NCBI GenBank assembly: GCA_047150005.1
Contig: AP038806.1
Location: forward strand, 256,001-320,000
Direction: 5' to 3'
Length of the DNA: 64,000 nt
From: Nitrospira sp.
GTDB lineage: Bacteria; Nitrospirota; Nitrospiria; Nitrospirales; Nitrospiraceae
Shown here one piece after another: positions 19,912 to 29,497 of the stretch; positions within the stretch are counted from its first letter, which is position 1, and every line of letters begins with the position of its first letter. The notes beneath the pieces were generated by a model. The model saw only the letters and a program-made list of their open reading frames with translations, did not search any database and had not been told where the DNA came from. Position numbers and translations under genes: made by a program.

Positions 19912-20433
19912 ATGGCGATGGAGTTCAGAAAGATCGATCCGCGGGCCACGATCACGACCAAGTTCGGCGAGATCAAGATCCGCTTCTATCCGGACGCCGC
20001 CCCGCGGCACGTTGAGAACTTTATGAACCTGGCCAAGATGGGGTTTTACGACGGGACCACGTTTCACCGGATCGTCCCCGGCTTCGTCTTGCAAGGCGGC
20101 GATCCGCTAAGCAAGACGGGAGACCGGCGCAGCCACGGCTCCGGCGGACCGGGCTATTGGCTGAATCCCGAGCTGAGCGACCGGCCGCACAAGCGGGGCG
20201 CGATCTCCATGGCCAAGACGCCGCGCGACGGCAGCACCACCAGGGATTTCAACGACAACGGATCGCAGTTTTTCATCTGCTTGGCCGACAACAGCGGGCT
20301 CGACCGCCGCTACAGCATTTTTGGAGAAGTATTTCGAGGATTGGACGTGGTCGACAGGATCGTCGCGCTGCCGCGCGACGAATTCGACAACCCGCTCGAG
20401 CCGGTCACGATGACCGTGACGGTAAAAGACTAG
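19912..20433 (+). CDS. Cyclophilin-type peptidyl-prolyl cis-trans isomerase
   Basis: AP.HVENF, FYDGTTFHRIVPGFVLQGGDP, NGSQFFI, Y.IFGEV; ATG at 19912 or 19918. Confidence 0.92.
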   Translation: MAMEFRKIDPRATITTKFGEIKIRFYPDAAPRHVENFMNLAKMGFYDGTTFHRIVPGFVLQGGDPLSKTGDRRSHGSGGPGYWLNPELSDRPHKRGAISMAKTPRDGSTTRDFNDNGSQFFICLADNSGLDRRYSIFGEVFRGLDVVDRIVALPRDEFDNPLEPVTMTVTVKD

Positions 20434-23400
20434 TTCCCGCCGACTCCCGCCGCTCCGCTTCTTCGCCGATCCAGACCCGTCTTTTGCCAGACACGACCGC
20501 GTAGCCGGCCGGAACCAGAAACAGCGTCACGATCGTGGAGACCACGAGTCCACCGATCAAGACCACGCCGATTTGCCGTCGGCTGGCCGCCCCGGCGCCG
20601 GCCGCCAAGGCGAGTGGGAGCGCGCCCAGGATCGTGGCGCTGGTCGTCATGAGGATGGGGCGCAGCCGAAGCGTCGCCGCTTCGATCACGGCGTCTACGC
20701 GGTCCATCCCCCGCCCCCGCTCGCGCAGCTGGTTGGCGAACTCGACGATCAGAATGGCGTTCTTGCTCACCAAGCCGATCAGGATGACCAGCCCGATCTG
20801 GCTGAAGATGCTGAGCGTGCCCTTGGTCAGGACCAGTGCGAGCAGGCCGCCGGTCACGGCGGGCGGCACGGTCAACAGGATGGTCAACGGATCGCGAAAG
20901 CTTTCGAACTGGGCGGACAGCACCAGATAGATGACGGCCAGTGCGAGTCCGAACGTGAAGTACATATTGCGGTTGCTTTCCGCATATTCCTTGGCTTCTC
21001 CCGCATAGGTGACGCGCATACCGGCGTTCACCAAGCTCCTGGCTTCGCGCTCGATGTAGATCAAGGCATCGCCCATGGTGAAGCCGTCGGCCAGCCCGGC
21101 ACTGAGCATCACGGCCCGCATGCGGTCCACGTGATTGAGCGATTCGGGGGCCGACTCCTCCTTGACGCTGACCACATTGCTCAATTGCACAAACTCCTCC
21201 CCGTTGCCCCGCACGTAGAGGTCGCTGATGTCCGACGGTTTCTCCCGGTGGCGGTCGTCCACCTTGACGATCACATTGTATTGCCGCCCGTTCCGAGAAA
21301 ACGTGCTCACGGCACGCCCGCTGAGCAGCGTTTCGAGCGTGCGTCCGATTATCGTCACCGACACGCCCAGATCCGCGGCTTTTGCCCGATGCGCTTCGAC
21401 GGTCAGGTGAGGCTTGTCAAGCATGAGATCGATCTCGGGTGCCACGAAGCCTGGATGCTCTGACAGCTTGCCTAAAAATATCTTCGCCGTCCGCTCCAAT
21501 TCCTGAAAGTCCACGCCGCCGATGACAAACTGAAAGGAGGCCTTTTCCGATCCTCCGTTGATCGGTGGCGGATTCATCAAGAATGCCTTCACCCCGGCCA
21601 ACTGCGGCATCAGCACATTCAATTCGGACACGAGTTCCTGTTGCGAGCGCGATCGTTCGCCCCAATCCTTGAGGGTCACCCAGCTTCCGGCACGATTGAC
21701 GATGGTTGGGCGTTCGCCGCGGCCAACGATGGTATAGACCGTGTCCACCTCCGGAATTTTCTTGATCATGGCGTCCAATTGCTGCGCATACGTGTCCGTG
21801 TAGCGGATGGTGGCACCTTGCGGAGCCGCAAGATGTCCCGCAAACCACCCCACATCCTCCATCGGCGCCAACTCGGACGGAAGACGTAGCATGATCAGCA
21901 AACTGCCAAGACTCGCTCCCACGCCGATCACCAGAATCGCGACATGCATACCCATGACCCGGACAAGTCCCTGCCGGTAGACACCCATGACTCGTCCCCA
22001 GACTCGCTCTCCGAGCGTCCGGGTCGACGGCGCGCCGGTCGCCTGTGCCAGTCGGCCGGCCATCATGGGCGTCAACGTGAGCGCGACGAATCCCGACAGT
22101 AGGACCGCCGACGCCACCGCAATGGCCAGCTCGGCAAACAAGCGTCCCACGATTCCAGTTAGAAGCGCGATTGGGATGAACACCGTCACCAGCGAAATCG
22201 TCGTCGCGATCACGGCAAACGAAATCTCTTTGGTTCCCTCGACTGCCGCCTGGATCCCCGGCATACCTTCCCCCATGCGCCGGTGGATGTTTTCGAGCAC
22301 GATGATGGCGTCATCGACCACCAGGCCGACCGCCAGAACCAGTGCCAGCAGCGTGAGCACGTTTAAAGAGCAACCGGTGAGGGCCATCACCGTGAACGTG
22401 CCGATGATGGAGGCCGGAATAGCCACCGCCGGCACCAATGTCGCCTGGACGTTGCCCAGGAAACCGAAAATCACCAGTGTGACTAGCATCAGCGAAATGC
22501 CCAGCGCGATGTACATCTCATAAAGGGAATGTTCGATGGAGACCGTGCTGTCCCACGCCACCGTCAGCGCAATACCTTCTGGCAGCATGGCCGTGATCTC
22601 CGGCAAGCGCTCTTTCACCGCGCGCGCGACCGTGAGCGCGTTGGCCTTCGATTGTTTCATGACGGCCACACCGACGCAGGGCTTGCCGTTGATCCGGCTC
22701 AGTTTGCGCGTGTCTTCCGCGGCCAACTCCACGCGGGCCACATCGCGGATTCGGACGGGATAGCCGTCCCGGTAGGCCACGATCAGATCCCCGAACTGGC
22801 TCTCAGTCTGCAGCGTACCCTTCAGCGACACGCCGAACTCCATGCGGTCGCTCTCGATGCGGCCGGACGGAATCGAGGCGTTCTGGGCGCGCAACGCTTC
22901 TTCCACGTCCTGAACCGTCAGCCGTCGCGCCGCCAGCATTCTCGGGTCCAACCAAATCCGCATGGCATAGCGTCGTTCCCCATCCATGAACACGTTCGAA
23001 ACGCCAGGGATGATCACCAGCCTGGGCTTGATGAAGCGGTCGGTAATATCCGTAATCTCGAGCTCGGAATGCCGGTTGCTCGCGACCGCCAGCCATACCA
23101 CCTCGGTGCCGTCCGAAGCCGCCTTGCTCACGATGGGTTCTTGAATCCCTAGCGGAAGCAGGGACCTGACCGAACTAATGCGGTCGCGCACATCGTTCGT
23201 GGCCGAGTCGAGATCGCGGTCAATATCGAATTCCAGCGTCACGGATGAGACTTCTTCCCGGCTGTTTGACGTAATGGACCGCAGTCCCTGGACCCCGCTG
23301 AGCACGTCTTCAAGGGTAGTCGTCACGTTCGTCTCAATGACGGAGGCTCCCGCGCCGGGATAGACCGTCCGAACCGAGACGACCGGCGGCTTGATGTCTG

Positions 23401-23512
23401 GATACTCACGAACATCGAGGCGGAGATAGCTCAAGATGCCAAAGAGCACCAGTAGCAGCGTCATGACGACTGCAAAGACGGGCCGGTGGATGGACAGGGT
23501 TGAGAGCCGCAT
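20405..23512 (-). CDS. RND efflux permease, AcrB/HAE1 family
   Basis: I.RPVFA, GLVVDDAI...EN, AQFES, KNAILIVEFA, RLRPILMT. Confidence 0.95.
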   Translation of the reverse strand: MRLSTLSIHRPVFAVVMTLLLVLFGILSYLRLDVREYPDIKPPVVSVRTVYPGAGASVIETNVTTTLEDVLSGVQGLRSITSNSREEVSSVTLEFDIDRDLDSATNDVRDRISSVRSLLPLGIQEPIVSKAASDGTEVVWLAVASNRHSELEITDITDRFIKPRLVIIPGVSNVFMDGERRYAMRIWLDPRMLAARRLTVQDVEEALRAQNASIPSGRIESDRMEFGVSLKGTLQTESQFGDLIVAYRDGYPVRIRDVARVELAAEDTRKLSRINGKPCVGVAVMKQSKANALTVARAVKERLPEITAMLPEGIALTVAWDSTVSIEHSLYEMYIALGISLMLVTLVIFGFLGNVQATLVPAVAIPASIIGTFTVMALTGCSLNVLTLLALVLAVGLVVDDAIIVLENIHRRMGEGMPGIQAAVEGTKEISFAVIATTISLVTVFIPIALLTGIVGRLFAELAIAVASAVLLSGFVALTLTPMMAGRLAQATGAPSTRTLGERVWGRVMGVYRQGLVRVMGMHVAILVIGVGASLGSLLIMLRLPSELAPMEDVGWFAGHLAAPQGATIRYTDTYAQQLDAMIKKIPEVDTVYTIVGRGERPTIVNRAGSWVTLKDWGERSRSQQELVSELNVLMPQLAGVKAFLMNPPPINGGSEKASFQFVIGGVDFQELERTAKIFLGKLSEHPGFVAPEIDLMLDKPHLTVEAHRAKAADLGVSVTIIGRTLETLLSGRAVSTFSRNGRQYNVIVKVDDRHREKPSDISDLYVRGNGEEFVQLSNVVSVKEESAPESLNHVDRMRAVMLSAGLADGFTMGDALIYIEREARSLVNAGMRVTYAGEAKEYAESNRNMYFTFGLALAVIYLVLSAQFESFRDPLTILLTVPPAVTGGLLALVLTKGTLSIFSQIGLVILIGLVSKNAILIVEFANQLRERGRGMDRVDAVIEAATLRLRPILMTTSATILGALPLALAAGAGAASRRQIGVVLIGGLVVSTIVTLFLVPAGYAVVSGKRRVWIGEEAERRESAGTSLLPSRSS

Positions 23513-23572
23513 GTGGGTTTGAACGACGGGAGGACTGTCTGAAACGTTAAAACCTTCGCCGTATCCGGATTG

Positions 23573-24631
23573 TCATTTGGGCACGACGGCCATGCCGTCC
23601 TGAAGTTTATGGGTACCGGTGCGGACGATCTGATCCCCGGCCGATAGGCCTTCCTTTACTTGGACCATCCCGTGCTCATGCGCGCCAGTCACCAGTCCGG
23701 TCAGGCGGGCCGTCCCGTCCTGAACACGGAAGACCGTCGACTGGTCGCGCTGCACAAACACAGCCTCTTCCGGAATAAGCACGGCACGGATATCCTGGCC
23801 AAGCGTCACATCGACCGTCGCGAACAATCCGGGCCGAAGCCGGCCGTCTTGATTCGGCACGATCGCCCTCACAAAGATCGTGCGGTTCACCGAATCGACA
23901 CGCGGATCGATGGCCGTCACTATGCCCCGGAAGGTCACCCCCGGAAAAGCATCGGTCATCACGAGGACCGCCTGATTGATCGAAAGCCGGCTCAGCCAGA
24001 CCTCCGGTACTTTGAAGTCCACATGCAGCGTCTGCAGGTCCTCGAGATTGACCAGGTCCTGCCCCGGCTGCACGTAGTCGCCGACTGAAACACGGCGCAG
24101 TCCCACCATCCCGGAAAAAGGCGCTTTGATCATGGTCTTTTTCAAGCGGGTACTGAACAACACGCTGTTAGCAGCGGCAGCTTGCAGGGCGAGCCGTGCT
24201 TCGTCCACCTGCTGAGCCGGCACAATCGTGGTCTGCTGAGCTGAAAGCCTTCTGAGCCGTTCATACGTCAGTTGGGCAAGCCGTTCCTGAGCCACTGCCT
24301 GGCTGGCTTGCGCCTGCAGCTCTTCTTGATCTAACTCCACGAGCGGCGTCATACGGTCGACCAATTGCCCGTCGGAAAAATGAATCTTGCGGATAATGCC
24401 TGGAATTTCTGGCCGGATCGTGATCGAGGCAATCGCCTGCAGGGTCCCGACCGCCTGAATCGATTCGTTGATGGCACCGAGGGTCGCTTGGGATATTTCG
24501 ACTACCGTCGATTTGCTCGAGATTTCCCGCCCGACCGCGGACTCATTGACGGAACGGTCCCACGATCGCACAACCAGAATGACGGCCAGTGCCGCTACCA
24601 CAAGGAGTATCGATAATCCCTTTATCGTCAT
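23573..24631 (-). CDS. RND membrane fusion protein
   Basis: N-terminal TM, AVGTL, IKAPFSG, F.VPE, IDPRVD..NRT, LRPGLF, GL..GD.IV..G..KL. Confidence 0.93.
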   Translation of the reverse strand: MTIKGLSILLVVAALAVILVVRSWDRSVNESAVGREISSKSTVVEISQATLGAINESIQAVGTLQAIASITIRPEIPGIIRKIHFSDGQLVDRMTPLVELDQEELQAQASQAVAQERLAQLTYERLRRLSAQQTTIVPAQQVDEARLALQAAAANSVLFSTRLKKTMIKAPFSGMVGLRRVSVGDYVQPGQDLVNLEDLQTLHVDFKVPEVWLSRLSINQAVLVMTDAFPGVTFRGIVTAIDPRVDSVNRTIFVRAIVPNQDGRLRPGLFATVDVTLGQDIRAVLIPEEAVFVQRDQSTVFRVQDGTARLTGLVTGAHEHGMVQVKEGLSAGDQIVRTGTHKLQDGMAVVPK

Positions 24632-24657
24632 CGCCTCACATCGGTTCTACGCGCGAA

Positions 24658-27207
24658 TCAGTTGAACTCCAGCTTGATCGACCCCAGCACGGTGAGCGGA
24701 GCCCCGGTATAGATGATCTCGCGGAAGTTCTGAGCCCCCACGAAATACCGCTGGTCCAGGAGATTCGTGAAGTTGATCGCCGCCAGCAGGTTGGTCCTCG
24801 TAAAGACCTCCGGCTTACGATAGTAAAGAGCCGCGTCCATGCGCACGAATCCAGGCAATTGAAACTGGGCCTGACAGTCGGCCGGATTCTGACACTGGAG
24901 CAGCCCCTGCCGTTGCCCTTGGGCATACATGCCGATACCGGCCCCGAACCCTTTGATCAATCCCTCTTGGAAGAAGTAGGTCGTCCAGACGCTTCCTTGA
25001 TGCAGCGGCGCGCTCGGCAATCGGCTGCCGACTTGGAACAAATTGTCCTGGGTGACTCGCGCGTCGATATAGGCGTAGTTTGCAATGATGTCCCAGCCCG
25101 GCATGACTCGACCCGCGACATCGAACTCGACGCCCTTGCTTCGTTGCTCCCCTGTGGCGATCGAGAACCCGGAGCCGGGCCCCTGACTGACGTCCGGTGT
25201 GAGCACGTTGGTTTTCATAATATCGAACACGGCGACCGTTGATCGCAATCTCCCCTCGAACGCTTGGAATTTGGCGCCTGCCTCGTATTGCGTTCCTCGC
25301 TCCGGTTTGAACAATTGTCCGTCGACTCCTCGGGCGATGGAGGATTGCGGGAGAAATGAGCGAGTGTAATCGGCGAACAGCGCGATGGATTTGATGGGCT
25401 GGTACGTTAAGCCGATCGACGGACTGAACGCGTTGTCGGACTGCGTGTCGGTCCCTCCGTCCGGACTGAACACGCTTGGCCGATTGATTTGCTTCTGTTC
25501 AAAAACATCGAATCGACCGCCTGCATGGAGATGCAGATTGTCGAGCAGGTCGATTTGATCACCGGCGTAAATACCCATGATGTTGTTCGTCGTCGAGGTG
25601 TCGGACTGCAGGTCTAATGGATTCGACACGAAGGAGTAGACCGGATCATAGATGTTGATGGTGTTCAACGGCGCGGCACCGGCAGTATCGGAATATTGCT
25701 GCTGGCTGGCGTTTTCCCTTCCCAGCTCCACGCCCATCATCAGCTTGTGCTTCAGAGGCCCGGTCATGACGTTTCCATGCAACTCGTTCTGCCAGTAGTA
25801 GCTCTGAACAAGCGTCGGAATTTGAAACTGGGCCAACTGCAGAATGCCGGTCGCGTCGTCCATGAACCACGATTCAAGACTGTTGTATTTTTCGGATGAA
25901 ACAGCAGCACGAAACGCGCTGCGAACCTTCCATGAATCGTTGAGTTGATGAAACATTATCAAGGTCGCTTTCCCTTGATTAATCTCTCCCCGTTTGGTTG
26001 GATCGCCGAGGAATCGGCTGACCGGAATGTTGGCCGGACCGTCGCCCACCGCCACAAGGCCGCGATCAATGGGTGACTTGTCGTAAAGATATTCGCCTTC
26101 GAAGCGAAACGTAGTCCGTGAGCCAAGTTCCCACCCGAATGTCGGCGTAAGGAAAATACGCTCGGTCTTGACGCCTTGACGATAGCTCTCGGCATTTTCA
26201 TAAACACCGTTGAACCGGTAGGTCAACGTCTTGCTCTCGTTGATTGGACCGCCGATATCCATGTTCGGGCGGTACAAATTGTAACTGCCGATGATCATTT
26301 CCCCGGAGTAATAGTTGTTGCGGAGGGGGGTTTTCGTAGTCTGGTTGATGATACCGCCTGGATCAGCCCGGCCGAACAAGTAGGAGGGAGGTCCCTTGAC
26401 GACCTCGATGCTCTCGATGTTGGCCACATCTCGGGCCGCACGCGCTGCAAACGTGCTGTCTTCCCGGAAGCCGTTCTTGAACACGTTGGTGTCGCTCCTG
26501 AAGCCGCGGATCATGAAATCGCCGGCTCGACCGCCCTGCGTACTGGGCATCGAGGTTCCGCTGATGTTGCGAAGCGCATCGTTCATACGAATCAGTTTCT
26601 GATCGTCCATGACCTGTCTCGTAACCGTTTCCACAGAACGGGGGAGATCTTGAACAGGGACTGGAAGACGGGTCGCCGTCGTAACCTCATCGGTCGTATA
26701 GGAATCGCTCCGTTCCTTCACGTCCTTGACAATCACCTCCGGCACCTTGACCGGCTTGGACTCCGCCTGATCGAAGAATTCCGGTTGAGGCTCAGGCTGT
26801 ACGGGCTGAGCCTGACTTTCCAGTGGTACCACCTCCGGAGAGGCCTGGACCAGGGTGATGGTCGCAGCATTCGTATACCGATAGGTCACTCCCGTACCGA
26901 CGAGGAGCGTTTGCAACGCGGAATCCGGCGTATACATTCCACTCACCCCCCCGGTGGTCGCCCCCGAGGTCAAATGTGACGGGTAGCTCACTTGGACCCC
27001 GGAGGTTTCGGCAAATGAATTCAATGCCGAGGTCAATGATTGCGGAGGAATGTTGAACGACACGGGGGCCGCCTGATGGGAGGAGGGTGAGGCCGCCTGT
27101 GCGAGTTGCGGCCACGTTCCCATGGCCAGGATCAAAATCAAGCAGGATCGAGCAAACCGCGGATGCCGCCACCCTTTCGGCGCGACATTGTCAGCTGGAT
27201 TCGTCAT
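24658..27207 (-). CDS. TonB-dependent siderophore receptor with N-terminal signalling (STN) domain
   Basis: Signal peptide, FNIP.Q.L..AL STN domain, plug (IEVVKGP.S.LFG...PGG.IN), PERG.QYEAG.K and NL.D..Y C-terminus. Start placed at MTNPA after a purine-rich RBS. Confidence 0.93.
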   Translation of the reverse strand: MTNPADNVAPKGWRHPRFARSCLILILAMGTWPQLAQAASPSSHQAAPVSFNIPPQSLTSALNSFAETSGVQVSYPSHLTSGATTGGVSGMYTPDSALQTLLVGTGVTYRYTNAATITLVQASPEVVPLESQAQPVQPEPQPEFFDQAESKPVKVPEVIVKDVKERSDSYTTDEVTTATRLPVPVQDLPRSVETVTRQVMDDQKLIRMNDALRNISGTSMPSTQGGRAGDFMIRGFRSDTNVFKNGFREDSTFAARAARDVANIESIEVVKGPPSYLFGRADPGGIINQTTKTPLRNNYYSGEMIIGSYNLYRPNMDIGGPINESKTLTYRFNGVYENAESYRQGVKTERIFLTPTFGWELGSRTTFRFEGEYLYDKSPIDRGLVAVGDGPANIPVSRFLGDPTKRGEINQGKATLIMFHQLNDSWKVRSAFRAAVSSEKYNSLESWFMDDATGILQLAQFQIPTLVQSYYWQNELHGNVMTGPLKHKLMMGVELGRENASQQQYSDTAGAAPLNTINIYDPVYSFVSNPLDLQSDTSTTNNIMGIYAGDQIDLLDNLHLHAGGRFDVFEQKQINRPSVFSPDGGTDTQSDNAFSPSIGLTYQPIKSIALFADYTRSFLPQSSIARGVDGQLFKPERGTQYEAGAKFQAFEGRLRSTVAVFDIMKTNVLTPDVSQGPGSGFSIATGEQRSKGVEFDVAGRVMPGWDIIANYAYIDARVTQDNLFQVGSRLPSAPLHQGSVWTTYFFQEGLIKGFGAGIGMYAQGQRQGLLQCQNPADCQAQFQLPGFVRMDAALYYRKPEVFTRTNLLAAINFTNLLDQRYFVGAQNFREIIYTGAPLTVLGSIKLEFN

Positions 27208-27335
27208 ATTCCCTTCCCCCAGAAGATAAGTCCGTATCGTGCGAAAAATGCAGCGAACGAACCGGCCGCCCCCATATGACGGAATACGAGAGGAGTCCCT
27301 CACGTCGCTTGCAAATTTTTTGTGGTGGGAAGGCC

Positions 27336-28337
27336 CTAGAAAAGAGCGACGACTCGACTCCCGAGACGAGCCATGTGTATCGGAAGGGTCTGGGCCAGGG
27401 TGGTCAGAATCTCGTCAGGATCAGTAAGAGTATAGCTTCCACTTACCCTTATATCCCCAACAGTTGGACCCCAGATGACGATCACCCCACGATGGTATCG
27501 ACGGAGCTCATCGATGACCTCTGTGAGCGGAAGATTCTCAAACACAAGACGCCCGCGCAGCCAGGCGGTCGCGGACTGCACATCGACCTCGCGGACGGGT
27601 CCCATCACGTGACTGTCGACGGCGGTCTGTTGACCGGCCGTTAATTGAATAGGTTCCCATCCTCCCTCGGTCGAAGCCAATTCGACGATCCCCTCTACGA
27701 CGGTGACGCGAATCTCATTCGACTGCCGACGTACGAGAAACTTGGTACCTACAGCTCGGGAAACGATCTGCTGTCCTTCGACCAGAAACGGCCGGTCCCG
27801 ATCCGGTTGGATCTGAAAAAAGGCTTCTCCATCGAGTAACCAAACTTTGCGGGCCATCCCGTCGAAGCTGACGGCAATGGCACTCTTGGTGTTCAGGGTA
27901 GCAATGGAGCGATCAGGGAGTTCGATCTGAAGCTGTTCGCCGGTGGCGGTCCGGTGGTCAGCCTTCAGTCGGACGACAATATCCAACTGATACACCACAA
28001 GGATCGCTATTGCGCAGACCGTGGCGACCGCCACCCATTGCCAAAGCCGTCTCGTTCGTGGGGAGGTCCGACACCGTGTCGCAGGAAAAATCGCTTCGAC
28101 AGCGGCCGCGGATGCTGCAGCGGCTTTCAGCGACTGATCATCCCAAAGCCGGCAGACTTCATCAAAGGCAAGCGCATGAGCGGGACTTTGTCGACGCCAG
28201 GACTCGAATGCCCGGCGATCCTCTTCTGGGAGAGTGTCAGACCGCAGCCGAACAAACCAAGCTACAGCCTGTTCTTCGAGAGTTCTGCCGCTGCCGGAGG
28301 GAGAGTGTCTGTCGGAATCGGAATCCGATGGTGTCAT
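27336..28337 (-). CDS. FecR-family anti-sigma/transmembrane sensor
   Basis: EQA..W..RL, F..W...SP.H, TATGEQ, LNT.S, GEAFF, AVGT.F, AW..GRLVF. Confidence 0.93.
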   Translation of the reverse strand: MTPSDSDSDRHSPSGSGRTLEEQAVAWFVRLRSDTLPEEDRRAFESWRRQSPAHALAFDEVCRLWDDQSLKAAAASAAAVEAIFPATRCRTSPRTRRLWQWVAVATVCAIAILVVYQLDIVVRLKADHRTATGEQLQIELPDRSIATLNTKSAIAVSFDGMARKVWLLDGEAFFQIQPDRDRPFLVEGQQIVSRAVGTKFLVRRQSNEIRVTVVEGIVELASTEGGWEPIQLTAGQQTAVDSHVMGPVREVDVQSATAWLRGRLVFENLPLTEVIDELRRYHRGVIVIWGPTVGDIRVSGSYTLTDPDEILTTLAQTLPIHMARLGSRVVALF

Positions 28338-28426
28338 GCCCGCAGCGCGCCACGTTCAGACCCTGCCGGAACCTCAGGACCCGCCCGAGTATATCTTCAG
28401 ACGGATCCCCGTGCCAGTCTCTCATG

Positions 28427-28945
28427 TCAGTCTGCATCGTTTTGCCGCAGGAATGTCCGGCAATGTAGGAGCGCCCGCATGATGAGCTTTTCTACTGCGC
28501 TCTCTGACACACCAAGGTGGGATGCGATGTCTCGGTACGGGCGATCATGGACGCGATGGAGGAGAAAAGCCTCGCGAGAGCGGTGCGGAAGCGAGTCGAT
28601 CGCCTGGGAAAACACGCGAAGCCGTTGTTTGTCATACATGGCTCGCTCCGCCGAAGGGGCGCTGGACGGGACATCCGCCGCGTGATCCAATGTTTCACCG
28701 CTCTGCCGCCCCGATTTCCCTTTGCGAAGATAATCGATCGCAAGATTCGTAGCGGTTCGGAACAGCAGTGCTCGTGGATAGGTGACAGACGTCGTCTGCC
28801 CTAGATTGACCAGGCGCAGATACGTCTCCTGGGCTAAATCAGCAGCGGTTTGTTCACATCGCACCATTCGGCACAGGCGTCTAGTCAACTCGAATCGGTG
28901 TTGGTGGAACAAGCGCTCAATCTCGTCGCAGGTCAGATTTACCAT
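28427..28945 (-). CDS. FecI-like ECF sigma factor (start may extend to 28966/28984)
   Basis: A.DL.QET.LR, LFR.A.NLAID, LP.R.R.AFLL.R, Y..IA..LGVS...VEK; upstream of fecR-like gene. Confidence 0.93.
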   Translation of the reverse strand: MVNLTCDEIERLFHQHRFELTRRLCRMVRCEQTAADLAQETYLRLVNLGQTTSVTYPRALLFRTATNLAIDYLRKGKSGRQSGETLDHAADVPSSAPSAERAMYDKQRLRVFSQAIDSLPHRSREAFLLHRVHDRPYRDIASHLGVSESAVEKLIMRALLHCRTFLRQNDAD

Positions 28946-29042
28946 CTCAGCCTCACGTTGCAGCATAAAAAAACCCACGCGCATCTGTTGATGCCGTGGG
29001 CTCTGTCCTGGAAGACTTTGGCCTCGAAAGTCGGTACGTTAT

Positions 29043-29063
29043 GATATTGAGAAGCGCTATCAA
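29043..29063. promoter_or_regulatory. Putative Fur box upstream of fecI-like gene
   Basis: GATATTGAGAAGCGCTATCAA; resembles the Fur consensus and matches the 33050-33070 site at 17/21 positions. Confidence 0.7.
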
Positions 29064-29171
29064 ATGCTTATAGCAAACCGTGTTGCAAACTGTCCAGCCC
29101 ATATCCGCAAGACCGAAACCAGAGATCGAGGAGCTTTGATAACGTGAGGGTGATAGCGCGCGAGTTGGAGG

Positions 29172-29495
29172 TCAAGTCGCTATCCTGGCCAAAGCCACCA
29201 GAAGGACAAGGCCACCTAAGATCGCCGCCGCTCCGGGCCGGAACGGCCATAGGAAAATCAGCGCCAGTCCTATCACGCCGATCAAACCTACCCATTCTAC
29301 CGGACCAAAGGACCAGCCACTTGAACCGACCGCCGAGAAGAATGAAGCGGCTACCGCCAACCAGCCGGTGGTTCTAAAAGTCCACCGAGAGATGTCGGTG
29401 GGCTTTTCGGAGAACAATTGCCGATAGTGCTTGGGCATCGCCAAGCATAGTGCCAGCAAACCGTTGTAGCACAATGCGATTTCCACAGCTTCCAT
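29172..29495 (-). CDS. DUF3325-like small membrane protein
   Basis: G...LCLAM.KH.RQ and GW..GPV.W.G motifs; directly downstream of a PepSY-TM gene, the usual context. Confidence 0.8.
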   Translation of the reverse strand: MEAVEIALCYNGLLALCLAMPKHYRQLFSEKPTDISRWTFRTTGWLAVAASFFSAVGSSGWSFGPVEWVGLIGVIGLALIFLWPFRPGAAAILGGLVLLVALARIAT

Positions 29496-29497
29496 TC

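Noticed and set aside
20405..20433. 29-bp convergent overlap of cyclophilin and RND permease 3' ends
   Set aside because: Short tail-to-tail overlaps are common, and nothing indicates function.
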